Origin: Glaucostegus cemiculus
Lineage: Eukaryota
NCBI GenBank assembly: GCA_976551045.1
Contig: CDPCPM010000010.1
Span: 1,488,001 to 1,552,000, forward strand
Reading direction: 5' to 3'
DNA length: 64,000 bases
Part shown: positions 38,755 through 49,178 of the stretch, one piece after another
How positions within the stretch are numbered: the stretch's first letter is position 1
Layout: each line of letters opens with the position of its first letter
Position numbers and translations under genes: made by a program
The notes under the pieces: generated by a model
The model's database searches: none
What the model saw: the letters and a program-made list of their open reading frames with translations, nothing else
Told to the model about the DNA's origin: nothing

Positions 38755-39170
38755 GCCCAGCCCAGCACAGCCCCCAGCCCAGCACAGCCCCCTGCCCCCA
38801 GCACAGCCCCCTGCCCCCAGCACAGCCCCCTGCCCCCAGCCCCCAGCACAGCCCCCTGCCCCCAGCACAGCCCCCAGCACAGCCCCCTGCCCCCAGCACA
38901 GCCCCCTGCCCCCAGCACAGCCCCCTGCCCCCAGCACAGCCCCCTGCCCCCAGCACAGCCCCCTGCCCCCAGCACAGCCCCGAGCACAGCCCACAGCCCC
39001 CAGCACAGCCCCCTGCCCCCAGCACAGCCCCCTGCCCCCAGCACAGCCCCCTGCCCCCAGCACAGCCCCCTGCCCCCAGCACAGCCCCCAGCACAGCCCC
39101 CTGCCCCCAGCACAGCCCCCTGCCCCCAGCACAGCCCCCTGCCCCCAGCACAGCCCCCTGCCCAGCCCAG
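38755..39170. repeat. GC-rich minisatellite, unit ~19 bp (CCCAGCACAGCCCCCTGCC) with shorter 12-bp variants
   Basis: Directly visible tandem array of about 20 units. Confidence 0.97.
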
Positions 39171-39706
39171 ACTCTCTCTCTCTCCCACTAAAGGGGGCGT
39201 GGTCCACAGGAAAACCTCCAGCTGACGATCTCTTCGCCGTTTTGCACGGATTACGGTTATTCTCAAAAATCACCAGCAATCCTGCTGGCTGCACTAACAA
39301 CCACTGCCAACCACGCTGCACGACATGAAACCGCAGGGCAACGCTCAGCTGGTGACTTACCAACTTCCTTGTAAACACACACCACGTGTAAACATAAATT
39401 GAATATTTACCCAAGACAGACACTGACGGCAACAGCAGGGTCGTCGTCTGACGTGGACACCCCTCAAGGGCAGAGGATGAGTGGGTTTCCCCCTCAGTGA
39501 AGCCCCTCAAACAAGGGCTGCGGCCACAAACACCGCCATGTGTTTACATAACGGTGGCTGGGCGGCTTCCCCGCTCCATCCCGCACCGCAAACTACACAA
39601 GGTCGGCGCCGGCCTCCGGCTCCCCGCCCGTCACAAACCCCGCGGCCTGTCGAGGGCAGCCGCCGGCGCACAGCGGCGGGCCTGCGGCGACGGGCCTGGG
39701 CCTCAC

Positions 39707-39800
39707 GTTACTTCCCTCAGCCCAGCTCCCAACATGGCGACCAACACAAACAAACCCGCCGTGGGCGGGAACCCAGCAACTTCAGAGCACGGCCGGTCCC
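39707..39800 (-). other. CREBRF: Candidate alternative non-coding first exon (1b) of CREBRF; 5' end approximate
   Basis: Donor AAC|gtgagg at 39706; upstream CCAAT boxes (39818-22, 39870-74) and CRE (39895-902); YY1-type CGCCATGTT motif inside. Confidence 0.5.
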
Positions 39801-40070
39801 GCCCACCCGCCTCGCCTATTGGCTCGCCGGCCTCTGTTTACGGAGGACTCATCCGGCCAGCTGCTTCCCATTGGCGGCTGGGGTGTCACTCGGATGACGT
39901 CACGGAAGCTGGAGGGTTTTTCCCCTCCCCCCCCACACCATCCTCTTTCCTCCATCTACCTCCAGCCTCCGTGAGGGAAGGTTTTCCGTTCAAAGGCCCC
40001 TGGCGGCATGTCATCGCCCTCGCCCCCCGCCCGGACCGTCACAGCGGGCGGGGGGCCTCAGCGCACCTAC

Positions 40071-40160
40071 CCGGGCGGATGCGGCGCGGCCGATGGGAGC
40101 GGAGCCTCCGGGGGCGGCGGGCGCGCGTTTGTTGATATCTTCCTGGAAAGCGCGTGACTG
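40071..40160 (-). other. CREBRF: Candidate non-coding first exon (1a) of CREBRF; 5' end approximate
   Basis: Donor CGG|gtaggt at 40070; starts GTCACGCGCTTTCCAGGAA, resembling my recollection of the mammalian CREBRF mRNA start; preceded by GC boxes and CCAAT boxes. Confidence 0.6.
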
Positions 40161-41279
40161 CGCTGTCGGAGTGGGGGGGGGGAGGGGCGGGGCGGGGAGG
40201 GGCGGGGCGGGCGGCCGGGGAGCCAATGGCCGGGCCGCCTGCGCAGCAGCCAATGGCTGACGTCCTCGCCGCTTCCCCCCCACCCGGAACCAGCCCAAGG
40301 GCTCCGGCAACCAGGAAGTGCCGAGCCGGAGCTGCCGGGCGTGGGAAGTTGGAGGGGCCGCCGCCCTCGGGCACTCGGGTGACCCGCCATTCGATTCCCT
40401 GATCTAGTTAGAGCTTTGTAACTGCGCGGACGTTTCCGGTGTTTACACATTCCCGCAGGATGGGTCGCCAGCCCAGCGCACACTCGCTCCCCCACTAAAG
40501 GGGGCGCGGTCCACAGGGAAACCGCCGGCTGATGATTTTTTCCTCGCTGTTTTGCACGGATTACGGTTTGTGATGCCTCTGGTTCCCTGTGTAAGGCTGC
40601 CTGTGGCTTGATCATGACTTGCAGCCTTTGACAGCTGTACAACCTCTGCCGATCAGATTGGCCAGCATGAAATAAGTGAAGCATTATTGCTTCCAGTGTT
40701 CTGAAGTACCAAAATGTCACCATTTCCTTGAATTTTGTGCGAACTAATTTACTAATCAAACGTGATTAATCCAATTAAGATTCCCAGTTAGCAATATGTG
40801 GCTATTGGATATTATTGAGAACGTGATTCAATTTTTTTTTCATTGCAAGAGAACTGCAAACTGAATGTTGAGACTGTTTGAACAAAAAGATAGAACAGTT
40901 TATTTGTTATTTTACATATGTTAAATACACAAAGCCTTCGTAGTGTGGTTCAGCAAAAAAAATAAGCAAAGCAAATGTTATGTGACAAAGACTGAACGAT
41001 TTGGAGTTGTTTTGATTTTTCAAATGGCTCGGCTAAGCATTTTATTACCTGAAATTTTAATGTAAGGAAATACTAGCCAAAACACATGGTATGCTCTATT
41101 CAATGGTTTATTACAATCTCAAGTTAATATACACAGCACAAATAAAATTCATATTAGTATGATCTCGATTATATACTTGAGAAAATATATCAAGCCATCT
41201 TTCAGATTAGTTAAAAATCAAATCAAAATGATCCAGTACATAATTGAATAATTTTCAAAAACTACCGAAACAACTGTCG

Positions 41280-41815
41280 AGTAGAAAAGTCAGGAAGTCA
41301 TGTTGCAGCTGTATACAACTTTGGTTAGACCACATTTGGAGTATGTGTGCTGTGCTGGTTGCCACGTGACAAGGAGGATACGGAAGCTATGGAAGGGATG
41401 CAGAAGAGGTTCAGCAGGATGTTGCTTGGATTAAAGAGTATTGGTTACAAGGAGGTTGGACAAGCTTGGATTGTTTTCTCTGGAACATTGGAGATGAAGG
41501 GGCAACCTGACAAATATATAAAATTATGAGAGGCATAGATAGGGTAGAAAGTTAGAGTCTTTTTCCCACGGTGGAAATGTCAAATACTAGAGAGCATAGT
41601 TTTAAGATTAGAGGAAGAACATTTAAGAGATTTGAGGCAAGTTTTTTTTTAAAAAGAACAGTTGCCTGGAACACACTACCTGGGGAAATGGTGGAAGCAG
41701 ATACAATAGCAAACACTTAAAAGGCATTTAGATAGAAGGAAATAGTTTAAATTGGCATCATGATTGGCACAGGCATCAGGAGGCCAAAGGACTGGTTCCT
41801 GTGGTGTACTGTTTT
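41280..41815 (+). mobile_element. CR1 3' fragment
   Basis: ttggttagaccacatttggagta, cagaagaggttcagcaggatgttgc, tail ggccaaagggactggttcctgtggtgtactgtt. Confidence 0.85.
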
Positions 41816-42026
41816 ATCTTTTTGTTCAAACAGTCTCAACATTCAGTTTGCAGTTCTCTTGCAATGAAAAAAATTGAATCACATTCTCAATAATATCCAA
41901 TAGCCACATAATGCTAACTGGGAATCTTAATTGGATTAATCACGTTTGATTAGTAAATTAGTGTGCACAGAATTCAAGGAAATGGTGACATTTTAGTACT
42001 TCAAAACACTGGAAGCAATAATGCTT

Positions 42027-42248
42027 AGCATAGCAGTTAGCGCGACGCTGTTACAGTGCCAGCAATCGGGGTTCGATTCCCGTCGCTGTCTGTAAGGAGT
42101 TTGTACGTTCTCCCGTGTCTGCGTGGGTTTCCTCCCACATTCTGAAAGATGTACGGGTAGGCTAATTTGGGGGTTTAAAATGGGCGGCATGGACTCGGAG
42201 GGCCGAAAGGGCCTGTTACTACGCTGTAAATAAAATTTAATTTAAAAA
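42027..42248 (+). mobile_element. V-SINE, tail type B (CR1-like)
   Basis: B box gggttcgattcc, V-core, tail ggccgaaagggcctgttactacgctgtaaataaaa. Confidence 0.9.
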
Positions 42249-42649
42249 ATTTCACGCTGACCAATCTCTCAGCAAACTGCAATGAAACAGCTTACGTCAA
42301 CAGCTGTTTTCTTATAGGAATAGAAAGCTAAAGTTTTGACTGCATGTCATATCTTGTTAAAAACGTACATACTCAGCTTTTGAATGACAAGTACACAAGG
42401 GCCTGGGGTGGGTAATGGGGAGGTGAAGATTTAACATCAAGTCATCTCTGGAATTTCCAATTACATGAAATTCTAGCACATCATTTAAAACTAGAATATT
42501 CTTCAAGATAAAGAAACAACTTCTTATAGTGAAAATGGGTAAGAGCCACAAATCTCTGCCTACATTACAAAGGATGCAGTTTCAAATCACTAGCAATTCC
42601 ACACAATATGCATACATTAAGCAGGGTCAATCATGCAGTTATTTCATGA

Positions 42650-43000
42650 GGACAGCATGGTGGTGCTGCAGCAGTCAGTAATGCTGCCTCACAGCTCCAT
42701 ATTAGTGTTCAATCCTGACCTTGGGTACTGCACATTGAGCTTACACATTCTGCTCGAGACTCTGTGGGTTTCCGCAGGGTGGTTTGGTTTACACCCACTT
42801 TCCAAATATGTGTTGGTAATTATAAATTACCTCAGTGTAGTTAAGTAGCAAAAAGTCAAGAGAATCGATGGCTAATTGAGAGAGAATAAATTTCATGTAT
42901 GTAGGAAAATAACAAGGTGGTTAGGGAAGAGGGGAACTGGGACTAATGGGAGTGCTCTACTGGGACCTGGTGAGTCAAATGATCTTCTGCCGTTGTTGTA
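42650..43000 (+). mobile_element. Old V-SINE
   Basis: gctgcctcacagctcc, gttcaatcctgacc, gtgggtttccgcaggg. Confidence 0.65.
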
Positions 43001-46000
43001 ACTAAATTATACTATACTGCTGACCCATTCCCAATATCTTTCTCCATTACTAAGTCATAGATTCATACAGCATGTAAACAGGCCATCAGGGGGAAGGGGG
43101 GATTCCCTCTTTCCCTCCACCCTGCCTACTTATAGTCTTGACCCTCAGAAGCATAGTTCCTTCAATCCTGGCACTGAGAACCCCCGAATTTAATCCTTCC
43201 CACCACTTTTTTTTCCACTGCCAGTCATAAGCACCTCCTTCAGCCTTTAGTGTTCCTTAATGATTCCCAGTGGTTTGCTGTCAATTTATTGTTTGGTTAT
43301 ACACCAGTGAAGCACCTGGGAACATTTTTGCTACATTAGAGATGCTATATAATATGGAAGTTATTACAACCGGACCTAAAGCTAGTTCCATCAATCCATG
43401 AATATCTCTGGAAGTAGTACAGTATTCACCTTATCAACTCAATGAGAAAAAAAACAAATTTCCATCTCCAGATCCTCTGACTGCAGTAGTTATTTTTGTC
43501 TTGTGATTTTCCATCCAACTTCTCTCCTGCACTTTGTTATTTTAAAGCTCAGTAGTCTTTGACTAACAGCAGCACAGAGACCTCAAGAATTATTATACAA
43601 AAGAATTCAATAAGTATGTTCAATTAGATTCAAGGGAGAGGGAATTGAGTGGATATATATAAATAAATAAAGATCGGAAAGAATGTGAGAAACCACACTT
43701 TAATACTGCCCATCTTTCTAGCTTATTGATATTTGAGTTGGCAAGAAGAAACATTAAATGAGGTACACTAAGCTACCCAAAATTAAAATAGTGCACATTG
43801 TTAGAAGTGTATAATATTAGATTCCAATGGAAGTCAAATACATTCAGATTTAAAAAGCAAAAGGTGTATCTTAATAAGAAACTTGGATCAAAACTAATTT
43901 TGTTTGATTCCCCCTTAATAAATCTTAAAGCATTAACACTCACTGTATTGTTTATAATAATTACTTCATGTGCTGCATCATTGAACTTTGGACAAAATGC
44001 TAAACATAAGGAACACTTTGATTGGATAAATCAGAACATGATCATTGTGTTGTTTGCAGATTTTACCGAGGTTCAGTTGGAATCTCTCCAAAGGCTATTG
44101 TATGATGGAAGGATACTATTTTCCAGTCATAGTGGTGACATGTATAAGCACATTCTGCTGCAGCAGACATACGCATATTGAAATCATGGAAGTCATATCT
44201 ATACTCAATATGTTTAAGCAATAAGAAAAATAACAAAATTTTAACACTTTGTTGTGAAAACTCTGGCCACATTTGCATGACTGCTCTTTTTTCATGATTC
44301 ACAGTTCAACTATTTCTGGAATTCCCTTCCCAAATGCCTCCACTTCCATTCTTAAAACTTGACCTTCACTTCCAAGATTTTAGCCTGAAGCACCATAGGA
44401 TTATATTTTATCAGAAAGGTGTAATATAAATTCATTTTACTGATGGGTCATGGCTGGATTCCCATGGAGACAAATAATGGATTATTATTTGGGATGGAAA
44501 ATTAATGCTTCAGGTCAACATTTCATCTGAACTTCTGATCAAAGGTCATCAACCCGAAACTGATTCCTTCTCTTGTCATAAATGCTGCCCAAACTGTTTA
44601 CATATTGAAACGCTCCAGGCCGTCAATTGACACCTCAGGTTTGGGATCTGACTGGTGCAAAACAAAATCTAAACCACAGAAATTGCCCTCAAATCTTCCT
44701 CTGAGCAGGAGAATTGTTCTTTATAAGTATAGACCCTCCCTGGGTCATGCAAGGGTTCCGAGAACTGTGTGAAACCCGAAGTTTCTTTAAGTCAGAAACC
44801 CCATAGGTTGAGATTAAAGTTGCACTGGGAGGTTAATTAGCTACAGATCTTAGTTAATTTTAGATTTTAGTTAAGATTAGTTAATTAGTACAGAATGGTA
44901 CTACAGATTCAAAACATGCTGAACCACTGAATGCCAGACCAGAGAGTTTCAACCTGTATTTCTATTTTTTCCCCAGATTTTCAGCAAGTTTATTTTTGGC
45001 TTACACTCCTAATTTGTTGGTGGTTTCTGAAACAATTCTGTTCTAATCCATTCCCATAATTCTTGGTCTTCAACTCCCACTTTAGATGTCAGTGTCTACC
45101 ACAAGTCTAAAGCCATTTCCAACTCATCTCCACAATCCTTGGGTACTTTCTCTTCAATCACTCACCAAACAATGGAAACTTCACTGCTTCCCATTCCATA
45201 ATATTTTGCAATTTTGAAATATCGGATTCTCCTTAATCATTCTCATTAAACAGCCTTTCCTCATAACTATAGCTTGCCAATAAATGCTGCCAACAAAACT
45301 GCCTGATCTTACCCCTGACCCAGACGATAAGTTCGAAAACAACTTTTCTAGATCCAAGTCCAATTTCTCCTGAGTTTCTGTACAAAGCCATTCCAGTTCA
45401 AAACAAATAGCCTGTGCAAGATCTCTTGCAACAGAATTCCATCATCTGGGCATGCCAGAACAAATCCCACCCATGAAAGAGCTCGGGGAAAAAGCTTGAC
45501 AGTTGGCTAACCCCTCGATTTGTCAGACTTGCAAAATATGGCCAACTTGAAGGTGAAGGGAGAGTTGCCACTTACAGACTCTTCTGCTTCACAGAATGGT
45601 CTTGGCAGCAAGGCCTCAAATCATTCAGACTGAAAGGTTTAGCATGGCCACAGAATAGGCTGGGCAAGGGCAGGAAATTAATAGACTGAGCATAATCTGG
45701 GCCAAAGTTACCTTATCCTATTATCACTGTCTAGCTGTCTTGTTTGTTCTATATTCTACTTCACCTGAGCAAGGTTAACAATCTTTTGCTCAAACCCAAA
45801 TATGGCTACAATAACAATTATTATTTGAAACACAGGATCTATGCTACTCTAATAGTAATTCTAATCGTGACTGCTAAAAGTAAATTAAGTCAGCAATGTG
45901 ATCACTTTTTCCAGGCAAATTTCTAGTTAATTTTCATTTCACAGAAAAGCCATTTGTTGAATGTTAAAGATAGGACACAAGTTTACTTTTGCATGCCTCA

Positions 46001-46016
46001 TCGGAAAAATTAACAC

Positions 46017-46679
46017 TGTTATGAAGTAGCTTACTATAGGCAAATATCCCTTTAAGATGGGACATTGTGTGTGTGTGCAACGTATTACGTCAACAGAAGA
46101 TAAGACTAACGTGATGATGTCATTACAAGGGAGAAAAAAGATAGGAGAGAGAGAGACAGGCAGACGGAGAAAAAGAAGAAGGAGAGACGGCAGCCTGTTT
46201 TGTTTCTGTCGATGGATGAAGGACAGTAACTGTGTTTGTCACTAAAATCCATGGATGGATTTCTGGAGTAGTCCAGTGGAGTTCACTTTGTCGGTAACCT
46301 GTAGAAGGACACAGGTGTTTGGGTGGACAACCACATTTTGGATGCTCTTCAGAGTGGCAGATACTGTGGAACAAAGTGACGGAATTCACTTTGCTGCTAA
46401 CCTGTAGAAGAACACAGGTATTTGCATGGACAGTCAACATACAAGGAGTTTTCAGGGTGAGAAAGTCACAACTGAGTTAGCCCTGAAGTGTCGTTTGAAT
46501 TCTGAGTGGAACATTCGGATTTCGTGATTCCTCTCTAATCTCTCTCTATATCTATGTTTTGTCTTCCTTGTAATGACGTCATCACGTTAGTCTTATCTTC
46601 TGTTGACGTAATACGTGGCACACACACACAATGTCCCATCTTAAAGGGATATTTGCCTATAGTAAGCTACTTCATAACA
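46017..46679. mobile_element. 663-bp TG...CA element with 114-bp terminal inverted repeats (non-autonomous TIR element or solo LTR)
   Basis: 46017-46130 is the reverse complement of 46566-46679 with 2 mismatches; internal ~105-bp sub-repeats. Confidence 0.85.
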
Positions 46680-46849
46680 ATACAAACCAGAGGCTTTTTA
46701 CCAAAGAAACTTTCATGTTTAAGAGCCATAGAATAAATATTTTGCTATATTTTCTTAATTAAACCAAGTTTCTTGATGGCAGAGTTTAGCACTTGCATAC
46801 AATGTCAATGTAAGAATAGTGTATAGATATTTGACATACAGAAAAGGCT

Positions 46850-48410
46850 TTGCAGTGTATTTTAAAGAATTTATTAAATTGTTTGTTCCCAAGATTTAAA
46901 TTGTGTTCTTTAGTGAAATCAAAACCTGCAAGAAAATATTAACTAGTTCCATATTTTCATAAGGCATTATGCAATCAGGTTGGTACAAAAATATCACAAA
47001 ATAATCATTTGTTTGATACACATCATTTCCCCTCGTTCTATGTTCTGTTTTAAATCTTTGGTTTAAATGTCTTAAAAAATGTTCAAAATTCTCTGCTGCA
47101 AAACATAATTACTACTACATTGCTGTTAAACAGTCATACTTGTTAGTCTTATTACTTCAACTGCCAAGTATCACCTATTCCAGTTCACACATTATAAATC
47201 AGAATGCAGAATTCAAATTGATCCATGCTGTTGAATGTTGTTTGGAAAAGTTCCCATTTTTAAGTTAGTCAGGTGCAGAAGAAATAATCATTTGCAGTTT
47301 AAGGCATTTTCATTCTCTGTAAAAAGAAAAAAACAGTGCATAAAATATAAACACATATCCACAAGACATCAACTTTCATAGATCAACATTCAGTTGAATT
47401 TTTAATTTGTCTTTTTAAAAAAGTGGCATGACAGTCAAAGACAAAACAAGAATTGTCACTGCTGCTTCCAGAACAACAAATGACCACACATCTTAAATGT
47501 CCACTCCCATTTGTCAAGTCAAAAAGATTTGAGCAATATAATGGATAGGTTTTAACATGGAAGATGACAAAAATTCCACAACTGGATTCAATTCAGTGCT
47601 TTGTTTTTAATATAATGCAATGGATTATGGATTTATTGCTGCCTGGCAATAAAATATACTGCAGTTCTCCCAATGACCTCAATATTTATGTAAGCACAAC
47701 TCAGTTAAGAATGTGGTCCAGTTTTCATTGCTATTTTAAGTCAATTTTAACAGGTATACTTGTAAATGATATGTAGTCTTACAATTTGTAGGAAATGTCC
47801 AGAAACATCTGGATAAGAACAAAACTAATTCAGCTGATTCTCATAACATTACTCGGCATAAAATTTTGGAATTATAGAAGTGGTGCAACTTCCTGCCATT
47901 TGATAAACTATGTTGAAAATTTGATGCAACAGACAATTGTTAATTGTAAAAAGCATAATTTGGCTGACAAGCTCTTTGATTTAGAAACAATATACAAATG
48001 AAATGCAGGTCTCTGGAGGATTAGTTGATCCACGTTATGGTTATTCACATTATTAGTTCTGGTATATTCACTTACTCTTCTGCACACTGCTAACTCAAAA
48101 GCACGAAAATGTGGAAACCAGAGAGACAGCACACAAATAAAGGATGGTTGAAATTGTAAAGTCATGACATTGCATGCATTTTTAGGCATCCCACCAGAGA
48201 TGAGTGGTGAAAAAGATTGCAGCTTTGGTTCATGAAGATGATACCAGAGAGGAAGATGCAGTTATGGAGGACCAAAAGTTGTGCAGTCCTCCCACCACCA
48301 AGAATTGTATTGTTATTTGAAAAAAATGTTATAGGATTGAGCAATCGAGTGGGATGGGTCAAGATTGCAGATGTGGAAACACCAGCACATTGCTTGTGGA
48401 ATGGACATTT
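46850..48410 (-). other. ATP6V0E1: Probable terminal 3'UTR exon of ATP6V0E1; 3' end approximate
   Basis: Candidate acceptor ttttaaaattcacag at 48411; AT-rich stretch with no repeat recognised; AATAAA on the minus strand at 46870-46875. Confidence 0.45.
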
Positions 48411-49046
48411 CTGTGAATTTTAAAATCAGGTCTTTGCTATGCACAAACCAATCTTTAGCTGTTAACCTTGTTTTTTTAAACTCATCCCACATTCTCTTTG
48501 CTGTAATTTGTCTCCTGAACTCTCAACCTCCCTCCACCCCCTTGCCCCAACCACCACACTCCATTCACTGCACTACTGTTCTCATCCCCGCCACCATTAA
48601 TTGTGAATTCAAGGCAACAGCCAGCACCAGTCAATGCACTATACAATCAAACAAATCAGGTTCTCGTTTTCACAATCCTAATTTTATTTATCCTATTCAG
48701 CATTAAACTGCACAATTTCACAACCCCTGGTTAAAATAGATTTTATCATTTGTCCTTTCTAAACTAGGCAATGGCTAACACATTAGTCTGAAACCTTACA
48801 ATTTAGTCGTCAATTTGAATGCAAATATTTATTTTAAATACCTAACATCTTGCAAGTTTCATCCAAACAAAAACTGGGCGAAATGCCAGTCCTCAAGACA
48901 AATACCAAGGTCATTACTTAGCTCAGAAATATTAGTATTGTACACATTGAATAAGTTACCCTAAAACAAATAGGATTTATATCATGTAAAATAATTCCTC
49001 AAAAAAAGCTCACCTCTACTCCATAGAATGCTTTTTGCTGATGAAT

Positions 49047-49178
<132 letters not shown>

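Larger units (their letters stand above)
39480..40570. promoter_or_regulatory. CpG-island promoter of CREBRF
   Basis: Very GC- and CpG-rich compared with the AT-rich background; GC boxes 40185-40215, CCAAT 40223-27 and 40250-54, TGACGTCA 39895-902, TGACGTC 40258-64, ETS-like GGAAG sites, TTCCTGGAA (STAT-like) 40140-48. Confidence 0.9.

Noticed and set aside
38755-39170. CRISPR-like array
   Set aside because: No unique spacers; a simple tandem repeat in a vertebrate genome.
39185-39200. CCACTAAAGGGGGCG as a CTCF site (also at 40492-40507)
   Set aside because: The spacing has two extra bases relative to the CCACYAGRKGGC core, so only the 3' half matches; not called without a matrix scan.
38516-39510. 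Six overlapping 157-270 aa ORFs (PAQPPAPSTAPC / GAGGCAGG repeats)
   Set aside because: Artefacts of the stop-free 19-bp minisatellite; open in all frames with no protein-like content.
39481-40759. Several 80-230 aa Pro/Arg/Ala-rich ORFs in the CpG island
   Set aside because: Expected from high GC content; no recognisable domain and no sign of a divergent gene.
48411-49013. Intronic H/ACA snoRNA (SNORA74-like), which the mammalian gene hosts
   Set aside because: No sequence resembling SNORA74 was recognised by eye; an Infernal search would be needed.
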